Below are positions 23,810-33,942 of a stretch of 64,000 nt of DNA, in pieces (the first letter of the stretch is position 1; the number at the start of each line of letters is the position of its first letter). Made by a program: the position numbers and the translations under genes. The DNA is from an uncultured virus (IMG/VR IMGVR_UViG_3300034061_005656) (Duplodnaviria > Heunggongvirae > Uroviricota > Caudoviricetes), in IMG/VR virus record IMGVR_UViG_3300034061_005656. The stretch is one strand, 5' to 3'. Under the pieces are notes generated by a model. That model did no database searches. It saw nothing but the letters and a program-made list of their open reading frames with translations, and was not told the DNA's origin.

Positions 23810-26415
23810 GCGAGTGGGATAAAGCAGAAGGCAGACTAGGCCCAGCGGCTGAATGGTACGCGACTCATGGGTGGAAAGTTTTACCGTGCTACGGAATCGT
23901 AGGTGGACGTTGCACGTGTGGCGGTACTCACGCTGAGCCTAAGGACGTCGGCAAGCACCCAAGCATCGGAGAATGGAACAGTCAAGCAACGTCAGATGTT
24001 GAAACTGTAAAGCAGTGGTGGCAAAATAGTCCAGATCAAAACACTGCAGTATTTTGTCGCCCTAGCGGGTTTTTTGTAATTGACATCGATCCGCGCGCAG
24101 GCGGTCCAGATTCTTTTGAAAAGTTTGAATCATTAGTCGATGGTGCATTGCCACCCACTGTGGAAGCTATTACAGGCGAGTACTCTATGGGTGGCAAGAT
24201 TCAACGAGGCCGACATTTATTCTATAAATGCGACGAGTCTGAAGCGCTTGTAGGTAATCTTAAAAAAGCTGGCCTTGGCGGAATTGACATTAAACATAAT
24301 GGATATGTTCTTATAGCACCGTCGCGTCACTTTTCTGGCGTATGTTACGAATGGGCACCAGGCAAAGCGCCGTGGGAAATTGAAATTGCTCAAGCTCCAG
24401 AAGAACTTTTATCAGCGCTTCGCAAGAAAGGCCGTCGTGCCGAAACAGCTTTAGGCGAAGGCGACTGGGGCTTTTTAGATTCTCTTGATTTTGCTGGTGA
24501 CCGTGTTGATATTGACAGACTTCTTGCAGAAGGAATTGACGAAGGTTCGCGTGCTGTAGATATTTATGCGCTATCGTGCGCGCTTGCTAATAAGTTTCCA
24601 GTAAATACAGAAGCTGGCAAGCTTGCTGTTGAAACAATGATGATTCGTTTCAACGCTGAAAAAGTTCGTCCGCCGCTCGAGCTAGAAGGCCCTGGCGGTC
24701 TTCTTATGCACGTGCGACGCGCAATTCAATTTGTAATAGATAATCCAAAAACCGAAAAACTCTGGCCAGGGTTAAAGGATTGGGCAAATAAATCAACGGA
24801 GGAAAGCCGTGCGACAGTCGCAGCAACACAACAGGCGACGAGTTTTTCTCATACCATTGCGCCTAATAACCTTCCCGGTACTATTGGCGGCGCTGTTCAC
24901 AGCTCTATGGTTGATGGTGATTCGCTATCGTCGGCAACTAGCCTCACTAACATCGACGTACCACTTGACCCAGATGCTCTTGGTACGGAAGAAGGCGGAG
25001 AACCAGGGAAACGAAGTCTTACTGACACTGGTAACGGGCGACGATTGGTTGACTCTTTCGGACCAGCAATTAGATACACTCCAGGGCTTGGCTGGTTTCA
25101 TTGGGACGGCGGATATTGGAAGCCTGACGTTGAAAGTCTCGAAATGCGTGAGCTCTCTAAGAAAATTGCGCCGATTGTGGCAAGTGAGGTTGTCCATTAT
25201 CTTGATGACGCTGATAAGCAGTCGGAAGTAATTCGCTGGGCGCAACAGGCAAAATCAAACGCGCGCATCAATGGCACGATTGAAAGTGCGACATCAGACC
25301 CTCGTGTGCAAGTTGGCGTTGAAGCATGGGACAGCGATGAAACGCTTCTTGGTGTTGCAAATGGCGTAATTGATTTACGAACTGGTGAACTTCTTAAAGG
25401 GCGTCCCGACTTGTATATCACTCGTCGTGCGCCTGTAGCGTACAACCCAGGCATTAGAAATATTCGCTGGGAACAGTTTATTGACTTTGCTACAGGCGGC
25501 GATAAAGAATTACAAGAGTGGTTGCAAAAAGCTGCAGGTTACTCGCTGACTGGATTACGAACTTACGACATCATGTTTTTAGTTTATGGCCCGGCAGGCT
25601 CCGGTAAAAACACACTTGTAGAAGCTTTAGTAAAAGCAATGGGAACATCTCAATATGCTTGGCCGTTGGACTCAAGTATTCTTGCGCAAGGCGATGGTCA
25701 GGCTCACGGATCTGACCTGTATCACTGGGCAGAGCTTCGCGGACGACGTCTTGTATGGGTTGACGAGCTTCCAGAGTCTGAGCGTATGAAAGAAAACTCA
25801 GTTAAAAAGTTAACTGGCTCTTCCGAAATCTCTGCTCGCTCTCCTGGTGAAAAGCCATTTACATTTCAGTCTCGTGCAAAACTTTGGATTACAACAAACC
25901 ACAGACCAATTATCTCTGATGATGCGATGTGGCGACGTATTCGTCCAATTCCAATGACAAAAGTTCCAGAGATTCCTGACCCAGATCTTAAGCACTACTT
26001 GTTTGATCCTGAAGGCGGATTGCCTGCAGTTTTATCTTGGGCAGTTGAAGGCGCAATTAAGTTGCTTGGTTCTAGCGCGCGCGACGCACTGGGCTGGTGC
26101 TCAGTAGTAAGCGAAGCTGCAGAAATATATCGCAAAAACGAAGACCGTATTGGTTTCTTTCTCACCGAGGAAACTAAAGAAGTTGAAAACGCGTCAACGC
26201 CTATCAAGTCACTGTACGCAGTTTATAGAGTATGGTCAGAAGAACGTGGCGAACGTCCGATGACACAAATTGCATTTCAGCGTAAGCTTTCTGAGCGAGG
26301 CCTTGAAATCAATGGTCTTGGTTCACGCGCAGAAATACTAGGACGAATGCTAATGCCTAGGTCGGTTCCAACCGGGGAAGTTGACTGGGGAATTGCAAGT
26401 AGATTTGCAAAATAA
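23806..26415 (+). CDS. Bifunctional primase/polymerase fused to a D5/P4-type SF3 helicase
   Basis: Prim-Pol 'GKHP', 'VIDIDP', 'RGRHLFY', 'GYVLIAPS'; D5_N 'TDTGNGRRL'; Walker A 'GPAGSGKNT', 'WVDE', 'TTNHRP'. Confidence 0.93.
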   Translation: MSEWDKAEGRLGPAAEWYATHGWKVLPCYGIVGGRCTCGGTHAEPKDVGKHPSIGEWNSQATSDVETVKQWWQNSPDQNTAVFCRPSGFFVIDIDPRAGGPDSFEKFESLVDGALPPTVEAITGEYSMGGKIQRGRHLFYKCDESEALVGNLKKAGLGGIDIKHNGYVLIAPSRHFSGVCYEWAPGKAPWEIEIAQAPEELLSALRKKGRRAETALGEGDWGFLDSLDFAGDRVDIDRLLAEGIDEGSRAVDIYALSCALANKFPVNTEAGKLAVETMMIRFNAEKVRPPLELEGPGGLLMHVRRAIQFVIDNPKTEKLWPGLKDWANKSTEESRATVAATQQATSFSHTIAPNNLPGTIGGAVHSSMVDGDSLSSATSLTNIDVPLDPDALGTEEGGEPGKRSLTDTGNGRRLVDSFGPAIRYTPGLGWFHWDGGYWKPDVESLEMRELSKKIAPIVASEVVHYLDDADKQSEVIRWAQQAKSNARINGTIESATSDPRVQVGVEAWDSDETLLGVANGVIDLRTGELLKGRPDLYITRRAPVAYNPGIRNIRWEQFIDFATGGDKELQEWLQKAAGYSLTGLRTYDIMFLVYGPAGSGKNTLVEALVKAMGTSQYAWPLDSSILAQGDGQAHGSDLYHWAELRGRRLVWVDELPESERMKENSVKKLTGSSEISARSPGEKPFTFQSRAKLWITTNHRPIISDDAMWRRIRPIPMTKVPEIPDPDLKHYLFDPEGGLPAVLSWAVEGAIKLLGSSARDALGWCSVVSEAAEIYRKNEDRIGFFLTEETKEVENASTPIKSLYAVYRVWSEERGERPMTQIAFQRKLSERGLEINGLGSRAEILGRMLMPRSVPTGEVDWGIASRFAK

Positions 26416-26475
26416 AACTTGCTAAAAGTAGCCACTTGCTACCTATTTCATTGTATTATTTCATTTAGAAGGTTT

Positions 26476-26560
26476 GGCGCTTCGGGAGAGGGGCGTCTTA
26501 AGGCCGGGGATAGAGCGTCTTGATGACACGGTTTCAAGATTGCTTCCCCGGCCACCTTTT
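26476..26560. terminator. Double hairpin between convergent primase and recombinase genes
   Basis: ggcgcttc-GGGAGA-ggggcgtc then ggccgggga...tcttga...tcaaga...tccccggcc followed by a T-run. Confidence 0.6.
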
Positions 26561-27225
26561 TATTCTTTTTTGTCTAGATAATTTTTAACTGTTGTTGGGT
26601 GCCATTTTTTATTAAGCGCCGTTTTAGCTCCGTCTTTGTTAAGACGATCAGCAATCGCTTTGTAAGACATCCCTTTACTTCTGTATGTTTTTAAAGTTTC
26701 ATATAGTTGACTGTCAATTTTTGGTTTTGGCCCAAGATCTACGCCCCACTTAAGACCTTTTTCTCGTCTGTCTTTGTGAACGTCTTTTTGACGCTCTGCA
26801 ATAATTGCTCTTTCCATTTCAGCTAAAGCACTCATTACCGTCACAACGAAACGTCCCTGGTACGTTGCAGTGTCAAGATTCAAATCAAGCATGACAATTC
26901 GCCAGCCATTAGCATTTGCGCGATCTACGATACTGAGAAAGTCTTTTGTAGAGCGAGCAAGTCTGTCAATACGAGTTACAAAAATCGCACCAGCGTCTCC
27001 ACGATCGAGTCTATCTAGCGCTTCGCGAAGAACAGGCCGTCCTTGAATTGACTTGCCGGAGCGACCTTCTTCTCGCAGAAGCTCTATTTCAGTGAAGCCT
27101 GCGGCCTCGGCAGCACGACGAAGATCGCGCTCTTGAGCGCCTAAAGACATTCCGTCGTTTACTTGCATTTGCGTTGACACGCGTGCATATAAAAGAGCAA
27201 TTTCGCTTGTATTCTTTTTTGGCAC
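26560..27225 (-). CDS. Serine recombinase (resolvase-type catalytic domain plus C-terminal DNA-binding domain)
   Basis: 'LYARVST..Q', 'SGKS..GRP.L', 'RIDRLARS'; start taken as GTG 27225. Confidence 0.9.
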   Translation of the reverse strand: MPKKNTSEIALLYARVSTQMQVNDGMSLGAQERDLRRAAEAAGFTEIELLREEGRSGKSIQGRPVLREALDRLDRGDAGAIFVTRIDRLARSTKDFLSIVDRANANGWRIVMLDLNLDTATYQGRFVVTVMSALAEMERAIIAERQKDVHKDRREKGLKWGVDLGPKPKIDSQLYETLKTYRSKGMSYKAIADRLNKDGAKTALNKKWHPTTVKNYLDKKE

Positions 27226-27227
27226 TT

Positions 27228-28229
27228 TTATCGTTCCCAATGCTGAACCGTTGCCCAGCCATTTGTTTCTTTAAGAAGAGAAAATCCAAGAGCTTTAATT
27301 GACTCAACGATTCGCTGTTTTTCTTCTTGCTGATTTCGTTTGTTTTCAATTTCAAGCGCAATTGTTCGCAAGTCATTGCATACTGATAAGGCACTCCAGT
27401 CGTAGGTTAGCTCGGCGCCTTCTACGTCGACCTTAAGAACTGTAGGGTTGCAGTCCTTGAGCATCTGAGACCAAGAAACGACTGGTACGTTGACAGGCAG
27501 ACGGGCACCGCGAGTGCGATACAAAGAATGCAAAGCAGACCGGCCCGAGTCTCCATCGCCATCGGCATCAATCCACAGTGAAGCGAAGCCGGCGGACGCG
27601 AAGTCTGAGTCATCGGCAACTACAGCAGAGTTTACTGAACAGAACTTATTACCGTATAGCTTACCATTCATTTGCAAGATTTTATAGTTAATGGTTTCAG
27701 GCTCGTAGCAAACAACACTTGCATTGTTCATAAGCGCCGTTCGTGCAAAAATGCCAATGTGGGCGCCAACATCGAGAACTCTGTCATTTTCATTGATAAC
27801 GACTTTGTTGTACGAGTTTTCTCGCAGAATATACACGTCCCATCTTTGATTCCGATAGTAAAAGTCAAGACCGTCTTTCCAAGTTTTGCTTGTGATAGAC
27901 GCTAGTGGGTCAGCAACAGTAACTTCTGTAGTCACCTTTTCGTCAGCTTTTGAACAAGTAACTTTGTATGTTCCCGGCGGGACAAGCAAGTTGATTTGAC
28001 TAATGTGTTTGTCAAGAACTACACCGTCACTTGGGAAGCTATCGCGTGTTTCATAAACTAAAGCTTGAGACGGCAGTGGCGAAATAGTTACATGCGCCGA
28101 AGTCATGTAGCGACGCTTGCTATCCTTCATTCTGACCGACATTGGGTACAAACCGTCTGGCCACGGATCTGCCGAAATATTTTGCTTGAGCTTGTTTGTT
28201 TCCATGGCTTTCCTTGTTGTTTTGTACAA
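27228..28229 (-). CDS. FkbM-family methyltransferase
   Basis: 'VLDVGAHIGIF', 'YEPE..NY..L', 'LKVDVEGAE'; start uncertain. Confidence 0.8.
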   Translation of the reverse strand: MYKTTRKAMETNKLKQNISADPWPDGLYPMSVRMKDSKRRYMTSAHVTISPLPSQALVYETRDSFPSDGVVLDKHISQINLLVPPGTYKVTCSKADEKVTTEVTVADPLASITSKTWKDGLDFYYRNQRWDVYILRENSYNKVVINENDRVLDVGAHIGIFARTALMNNASVVCYEPETINYKILQMNGKLYGNKFCSVNSAVVADDSDFASAGFASLWIDADGDGDSGRSALHSLYRTRGARLPVNVPVVSWSQMLKDCNPTVLKVDVEGAELTYDWSALSVCNDLRTIALEIENKRNQQEEKQRIVESIKALGFSLLKETNGWATVQHWER

Positions 28230-28475
28230 CTTCTGTTGTATACCGTTAATGTTAATCCTATACGGAAGAAACCCTTGTGGTGTAACACTTTGATCAAAAA
28301 AGTAGGCTTAAAACCATAGATTACGGAAGAAACATTTTTTAGAAGTTTTTTTGTATACTTGGCAACGGTTAGAGCATCTTTATAATAAATCAGTTCGCTT
28401 TTGACCGCTCAAGTTGGTTATAGTGGATTTATCCCTAGAGGGCATCTCTCTCAGAAATACCTAGGAGTACCAATC

Positions 28476-29732
28476 ATGAAACTGCTAACTGCATTGCTAT
28501 TATCCGCTGCAGGAACCGTTGGAGTGAGCGGCGGAGCATTCGTGTCCGTTGTGAAAACTTCGGACCAGCCTAAGGAGCCTCCTAGTACCACTTCGGTGGT
28601 ACAGGTTCAGCACTCAACAAATCTAACTGCCAACCAAGCACCGGGAATTCTGGAGTCTCCAGAACCGACTTCTTCTGCCGTGCGCGAAATTCCACTTCCG
28701 ACAGAAGAATTCTGGGACAAGCTTGCCTGGTGTGAAACACATCAAGACTGGCAAAACGGCGGCCAGTGGGCTGGCGGTCTTGGCATTTACACAAGGAGTG
28801 AGTTCCCTAAGTCCGACATGGGTACATGGGAACGTTGGGGCGGCGAAGAGTTTGCCCCGTCTCCTGACAAAGCAACTCGCGAACAGCAAATCATTATTGC
28901 AGAGAGAATTGCAGTTCTTGGCTGGAGTAAAGAAATGACTCGCACTTCAGAGGATGCAGAACGTATGGGTGTTCCGATTAACTGGACATGGGATAGACCT
29001 GCTGTTGGTTTCAAAGGCTGGGGCGCATTGCACTGCGCGACAAACTCACCAATCAAGTCGCCCAAGAATCCTCCATTGTTTTATCATGAAGACTTAAATG
29101 TCGTTCTTGCAACGAAGTTTACAATGGGACAGACTGGTATTACAGTTCATGACTTGCAAGGTCTTATTGGTGCAAAGCAAGACAGTGTGTACGGGCCAAT
29201 TACTCGTAAGCTGCATCTTGCGTATTTAGAAAAGCACTCGCTTGACGTAAGCAAGGTTGCTGATATTCCAGTAAAATCAGCGTCAACCGGTGGAGGCGTC
29301 GTATCATCTCAGAGTGTTTCGTCGCAGAGTGTGTTGTCGCAGAGTGAAACCAAGGTTACGGGCCGTTGTCCTAAATGGGAAAAGAAACTTAGACAATACA
29401 AACTTCCAGTCAAAGAGTTTTCTTTTATTATGTGGAGAGAGTCAAAGTGTGTTGCGAAAGCCGTTGGTTGGAACTACCACAAAGAAATGAGTCACAGAGA
29501 CTGCAAACTTTCTCACGCACAAACTTATCGCAAGTGTAAAGCAGTCAAGTCTTATGATGTTGGGCTTCTCCAAATAAACAGCAGTTGGAAAACACTCACA
29601 GCGAAAGTATGCAAATCAAAACTTGGGGAAATGCTGGTTCTACAAGACCCCGACTGTAATCTAAAAGTTGCGAGCGTTCTTTATAAGCAAAGTGGACTAG
29701 CGCCTTGGCGAGGATCTTCGGCTAAAAAGTAA
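28476..29732 (+). CDS. Secreted muralytic protein: Rpf-like transglycosylase + peptidoglycan-binding segment + second lysozyme-like (SLT) domain
   Basis: Signal peptide MKLLTALLL..; 'WDKLAWCET..W...GGLGI...TW..WGG.EFAP.PD.ATREQQI.IAER'; 'DSVYGPIT'; 'MWRESKC...DVGLLQINSSW..PW'; AGGAG SD. Confidence 0.8.
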   Translation: MKLLTALLLSAAGTVGVSGGAFVSVVKTSDQPKEPPSTTSVVQVQHSTNLTANQAPGILESPEPTSSAVREIPLPTEEFWDKLAWCETHQDWQNGGQWAGGLGIYTRSEFPKSDMGTWERWGGEEFAPSPDKATREQQIIIAERIAVLGWSKEMTRTSEDAERMGVPINWTWDRPAVGFKGWGALHCATNSPIKSPKNPPLFYHEDLNVVLATKFTMGQTGITVHDLQGLIGAKQDSVYGPITRKLHLAYLEKHSLDVSKVADIPVKSASTGGGVVSSQSVSSQSVLSQSETKVTGRCPKWEKKLRQYKLPVKEFSFIMWRESKCVAKAVGWNYHKEMSHRDCKLSHAQTYRKCKAVKSYDVGLLQINSSWKTLTAKVCKSKLGEMLVLQDPDCNLKVASVLYKQSGLAPWRGSSAKK

Positions 29733-29745
29733 CTAGCCTCTAAAA

Positions 29746-29790
29746 GGGAGATGCCCTGCCGTCACCTCCGAGCGGCAGGGAACATCCCCC
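29746..29790. terminator. Hairpin between convergent genes; loop TCACCTCC
   Basis: gggagatg-ccctgccg-TCACCTCCGAG-cggcaggg-aacatcccc. Confidence 0.6.
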
Positions 29791-29895
29791 TAAGGTAGCG
29801 CTTAGATCTGCTACACTGTGAATTGAACTTTTCCGCCGCAGTTATTTCCTTTCAGATTCTGTGATCGACGGACGTGGCCAATGTTTCGTGTGTCG

Positions 29896-30114
29896 TTAGT
29901 CTTTCGATTTGTCGCGGTTCATGAGCGCTTCGTGACGCTTTTGTTTTGAACCTGCTGGGTTTCGATCGTGTGTGCGCAGTGGATGTCCTGGCGAAAGTAA
30001 CTGACGATTTTTTCCAGAGCGTGTACCAGGTACTGTTTCTGTTTCACCAGTTAATGGATTGATGCGAACGCGCTGTCCTGCGCGATCTTTACTTGATTTC
30101 TTTTTCTTGCCCAC
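29896..30114 (-). CDS. Small basic hypothetical protein
   Basis: GTG with a GGGGG upstream; Lys/Arg-rich. Confidence 0.5.
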   Translation of the reverse strand: MGKKKKSSKDRAGQRVRINPLTGETETVPGTRSGKNRQLLSPGHPLRTHDRNPAGSKQKRHEALMNRDKSKD

Positions 30115-30132
30115 TATTATTTCCCCCGTTAC

Positions 30133-30216
30133 TTATCTTTTACTTACTCTGCCGACTGTTAAGCCCAGAATCCACATAGTTACCAAAGCACTATAAATAG
30201 TTGCTTTGACTTTCAT
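30133..30216 (-). CDS. 27-aa hydrophobic peptide in the lysis cluster
   Basis: MKVKATIYSALVTMWILGLTVGRVSKR*, starts 2 nt after the upstream stop. Confidence 0.35.
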   Translation of the reverse strand: MKVKATIYSALVTMWILGLTVGRVSKR

Positions 30217-30218
30217 GT

Positions 30219-30470
30219 TTAGTCTAACTTTCCTGTGACATGGTCATTAATGTGTTGATCTAACTTACCTTCAGTGCGTAAAGACGTAGCTTCTACGCGA
30301 TCAATTGAGCGCCCGAGACTTTTACCCAGCTCATCGATTTTGTCTACAACAAAGTTGTGATCTGCTTTATTATCTTCCCATCGCTTATTACTTACGCGAC
30401 GAGCGGTTTCAACAAGAGCGACAACAATTAAACTAATTGCACTTATTGCTGCGACGGCTATTTCTGTCAT
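30219..30470 (-). CDS. Holin-like / single-TM lysis-associated protein
   Basis: N-terminal TM then coiled coil ending 'KLDQHINDH'; directly after the endolysin. Confidence 0.6.
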   Translation of the reverse strand: MTEIAVAAISAISLIVVALVETARRVSNKRWEDNKADHNFVVDKIDELGKSLGRSIDRVEATSLRTEGKLDQHINDHVTGKLD

Positions 30471-30496
30471 GGCGACTTTTTGTTTACTGACTTGCG

Positions 30497-31306
30497 TCAG
30501 CCAAACATCGCTTTCCATGTCTTAGGGCCAACTTTTGTCCCCTTGCCGAGTCCGTTTGCTTCACGCCACGCGGAAACTGCTTGCCCTGTTTTTGGTCCAA
30601 AGTCACCGTCAGCTTTTGCTCCGACCTTTGCTTGAACGAGTTTTACAGCCTCACCCTTTGAGCCAACATCAAGATCCCCAGGGAACGCTGGGCCAGCGGC
30701 TGGTGCAGGTGCAGGAGCGGCTGGGCGGCCAGCGTTTGGTGCTGTGGCGGGATTGGGCTTGATTATTTGCTTACCGCTTTTTACAACGTCTCCAGGAGCT
30801 GGAAGTGCATTCCATGCTGCTTGCAATTTTGCTGGATCGTTTGCCATTTCAGGAGACAGTTCGAAGTGTAGCCACTTTCCGCCGGGTGTCCCAGCGTTGT
30901 TTTTTTCGTCATAAATTTTGACGCCGGCAAGTCCTTCGCCACGGCTGCAACGGTAGCCAGCGCCCCAAGGCTTACCAGGTCCGCTGCCGTCTGGGTCAAA
31001 CGCATAGTCATGGATTTCTTCAATACCAAGTTCTTTGCTGTATTGCAAGCACCACTCCCACGCTTGAACAGCTGCCTTACGATCTTTGTAACCGAGGTCA
31101 CATGCACGTCCTGTGGCGTGAACCGATAAGTACTTTGGATTGTTTGGATCGGCTTTTGCAGCCGCGTTATTCATGCGACGATTTGAAAAGCTTCCAAGAT
31201 CGCTGAATCCCCAACGCTTACGCGCTAAGTCCATGAATAGCTTTAGCCCAGGCTTTGCGCCATTCTTGCTAAGTCCGTCCGAGTTTCCAGTGTATTTACG
31301 TGGCAT
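30497..31306 (-). CDS. Endolysin: M15-like Zn peptidase + peptidoglycan-binding domain
   Basis: 'SVHATGRACD' (SxHxxGxAxD), 'WLHFE', PG-binding 'GSKGEAVKLVQ...DGDFGPKT...VGPKTW'; GGAG SD before ATG 31306. Confidence 0.85.
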   Translation of the reverse strand: MPRKYTGNSDGLSKNGAKPGLKLFMDLARKRWGFSDLGSFSNRRMNNAAAKADPNNPKYLSVHATGRACDLGYKDRKAAVQAWEWCLQYSKELGIEEIHDYAFDPDGSGPGKPWGAGYRCSRGEGLAGVKIYDEKNNAGTPGGKWLHFELSPEMANDPAKLQAAWNALPAPGDVVKSGKQIIKPNPATAPNAGRPAAPAPAPAAGPAFPGDLDVGSKGEAVKLVQAKVGAKADGDFGPKTGQAVSAWREANGLGKGTKVGPKTWKAMFG

Positions 31307-31406
31307 GTCATACTCCATATAGGGAAGGTGAATATTTAGAACATTATAGTTCAAATTCAAGGCCACTATTCTGGCCTATGAGCTGGAATTGATGTAGAAT
31401 AACGGA

Positions 31407-32216
31407 GTGAGATCAAAACCGTATTTAGGAATTACCCAGACCGTTTTGGATGTCGTCAAGCCTTTATTAGACCACGGTGACTCGTATCATAAAGTTCACA
31501 AGGCCCGGCTTGCAAGAACCGCCCACATTGTAAGTGACCTGGTGGCGGAGGCCGGCGAAGGGTGCAAGGTTCTTGAGCTTGGCACCAGCGGATTTCTTCC
31601 AGTAACGCTAAAGTCACTTTTTCCGAGCGTAGCTATTGATGTAACTGAATACGAAAAGTCAGAAGACAGTAATGAAGTTTCTGTCAAACAAAAAGATGTT
31701 GGGATTGCTGACAAGACTGTGACCGTTACAACGTTTGGTTTGGATCTTGAGTATGGCACTTTGCCAGTGGACAATGAAACCTATGACATTGTTATTTGCT
31801 GTGAAGTTCTTGAGCATATGGAAATTGACCCAATGTTTATGCTCGCTGAAGTAAATAGAGTTTTGAAGACTGGCGGAAAGCTTATGCTAACAACGCCAAA
31901 CATTCTTAGCAGTCGTGCAATTACAAAAATGGTTCAAGGCTACGAGCCATACTTTTTTATGCAGTATCATAAGAGTAGAGAGTACAACCGACATAACTAC
32001 GAGTACTCTGCAAAAGGGTTATGGGCTATCTTAAAGTGCGCTGGGTTTGATCCAACAGTGTGGACAGAAGATTTATTTGAAGATTCGCTTCCGCATACTG
32101 TTGACATGTTGAACTATCATGGTTTTAAGATTGCTAACACTGGAGATAATCTTTTATCTATTGCGCCAAAGATTTCTGGTGTAGTTGAGAGGCACCCTCG
32201 TGGTCTCTACGTTTAA
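31407..32216 (+). CDS. Class I SAM-dependent methyltransferase (type 11)
   Basis: 'VLELG', 'YDIVICCEVLEHM', 'RVLKTGGKLMLTTPN'. Confidence 0.85.
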   Translation: MRSKPYLGITQTVLDVVKPLLDHGDSYHKVHKARLARTAHIVSDLVAEAGEGCKVLELGTSGFLPVTLKSLFPSVAIDVTEYEKSEDSNEVSVKQKDVGIADKTVTVTTFGLDLEYGTLPVDNETYDIVICCEVLEHMEIDPMFMLAEVNRVLKTGGKLMLTTPNILSSRAITKMVQGYEPYFFMQYHKSREYNRHNYEYSAKGLWAILKCAGFDPTVWTEDLFEDSLPHTVDMLNYHGFKIANTGDNLLSIAPKISGVVERHPRGLYV

Positions 32217-33129
32217 AGAATTAGGCGGAACAACACAACAAGTTCGCCGTCTCGTAGACAAAGACGTTAAGACATGGAGTGCGTTTAATCCGTCAATTGG
32301 CATTTCAGACAAAGGAAATCTTGCAGTTGCAATTCGCTCGAGCAATTACGTGATTCTTGAGCATGGCGAGTTAAGCATTACTACAAGCGGAGCAATTAAA
32401 AACCAAGTGTGGTTCTCTGAAATGAATGATCAGTTTGAACTAGAAAACTTGCGAAAGCTTGACTTTTCAGCCGCAAGTATTAAAGTAGAAAGAGGAGTCG
32501 AAGACCCTAAACTACTTTGGAGAGACGGAAGATGGATTTTCACTGGAGTATTTCTTGAGCGTGATACGCCTGTTGCGCGAAACTGTGTCTGCTATCCTGA
32601 CAAGAAAATGACAAAGGTTGAAAAGATTGAGCTGCTTCCTGGGATTGATGCTGGACGCCCTGAGAAAAACTGGATGACCGCGTACAAAAAACCAGAAAAC
32701 TTTGATTACATTTACGACGCAAATGCTGTTGTTGTCGGTGACAAAGTTATTCATACTCTGCGTGACAATAAAAACTTAAATGCGCTACGAGGAAACGCGC
32801 ACTTAGTTCCGTACGATAATGGCACATATCTTGGGCTAATGCATCAGCTTAAAATAAAGCGCTTTGACAAAGTTTCACAAACAACTTTTGGTGTAATGCA
32901 TCATGTTCACAAGTTTTACACACACGTGTTTATTAGATTTGACGAAAACGGCGCACCTATTGAAATGACCGATCATTTTAAGTTTGACGGAGACGGTATT
33001 GAGTTTGCAGCCGGATTAATTGAATACGGAAATGACTATGTTATTTCTTATGGTAGAGAAGACATGACATCTCATATAGCAACTATTCCGCAAAAGAAGG
33101 TTCGTCAGTCGCTGAAAAAGCTTGGCTAG
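32200..33129 (+). CDS. Beta-propeller glycoside hydrolase/phosphorylase-like protein (GH130/GH43 clan-like)
   Basis: 'AFNPSI', 'GVEDPKL', 'EKNWM', 'IEFAAGL...ISYG..D'. Confidence 0.65.
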   Translation: MVSTFKELGGTTQQVRRLVDKDVKTWSAFNPSIGISDKGNLAVAIRSSNYVILEHGELSITTSGAIKNQVWFSEMNDQFELENLRKLDFSAASIKVERGVEDPKLLWRDGRWIFTGVFLERDTPVARNCVCYPDKKMTKVEKIELLPGIDAGRPEKNWMTAYKKPENFDYIYDANAVVVGDKVIHTLRDNKNLNALRGNAHLVPYDNGTYLGLMHQLKIKRFDKVSQTTFGVMHHVHKFYTHVFIRFDENGAPIEMTDHFKFDGDGIEFAAGLIEYGNDYVISYGREDMTSHIATIPQKKVRQSLKKLG

Positions 33130-33147
33130 CAAGTATAATGGAAATCT

Positions 33148-33942
33148 ATGCCAGAGGGACACACGATAAGACACTTAGCGACTACTCATTCGTACGGGTT
33201 TGTCGGGACACAGATTAAAGCTATAAGCCCGCAAGGACGATTTGCAGAAGGTGCTGCAAAACTAAATGGTCAGACAATGACTGACACGACTGCGCATGGC
33301 AAACATTTGTTTCTTCATTTTGAAAAAGACATTCTTCATGTTCATCTTGGGCTTTATGGTTGGTTTACTCTTCGCAAGTTTAAGAATCAAGAAACTAAAG
33401 ACTCCACTCGCTTGCGCATGTTTAACGATGAGTATGTGTCAGATCTGGCTGGGCCAACAGCATGTGAGCTTATGACTCTTGAGCAAGTGATTGCGAAAAA
33501 AGCTAAACTTGGCCCGGACCCTATTCATGATGACGCAGACCCTGAGCAAGCCTGGGCGAAAATAAGCAAAAGTAAAAAAACAATTGGTGGACTGCTAATG
33601 GATCAGTCTGTCATTGCTGGCATCGGAAATGTGTATCGTGCAGAAATTCTTTTCTTAAACAATCTTTCTCCATTTATTCCCGGAAAAGATGTGACATATG
33701 AAAAGTTTCAAAGTATTTGGAAAGATTCTGTAAGTCTTTTGAAGCTTGGCGCAGAAGACGGAAAAATAATAACAGTAGATGAAAAGCATTTACTAATGCA
33801 CGGCGTTGAGCTTCATGGTTGTACGCAATACAGTTACGTTTATAAAAGAACAAATAATGCTTGTTTGCTTTGTAATTCTACGATTCTTTCAGATAGTTTG
33901 GATGGACGCACAGTATATTGGTGCCCATCATGTCAGAGCTGA
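33148..33942 (+). CDS. nei: Fpg/Nei-family DNA glycosylase (endonuclease VIII-like)
   Basis: N-terminal 'PEGHT', 'GKHLF', 'HLGLYG', H2TH 'LMDQSVIAGIGNVYRAE', zinc finger CLLC...CPSCQ. Confidence 0.92.
   Translation: MPEGHTIRHLATTHSYGFVGTQIKAISPQGRFAEGAAKLNGQTMTDTTAHGKHLFLHFEKDILHVHLGLYGWFTLRKFKNQETKDSTRLRMFNDEYVSDLAGPTACELMTLEQVIAKKAKLGPDPIHDDADPEQAWAKISKSKKTIGGLLMDQSVIAGIGNVYRAEILFLNNLSPFIPGKDVTYEKFQSIWKDSVSLLKLGAEDGKIITVDEKHLLMHGVELHGCTQYSYVYKRTNNACLLCNSTILSDSLDGRTVYWCPSCQS

Noticed and set aside
28330..28475. c-di-AMP (ydaO) riboswitch upstream of the Rpf-like gene
   Set aside because: Expected by analogy with actinobacterial rpf genes, but the conserved GC-rich helices and GCUGAA/GGAA motifs are not recognisable.
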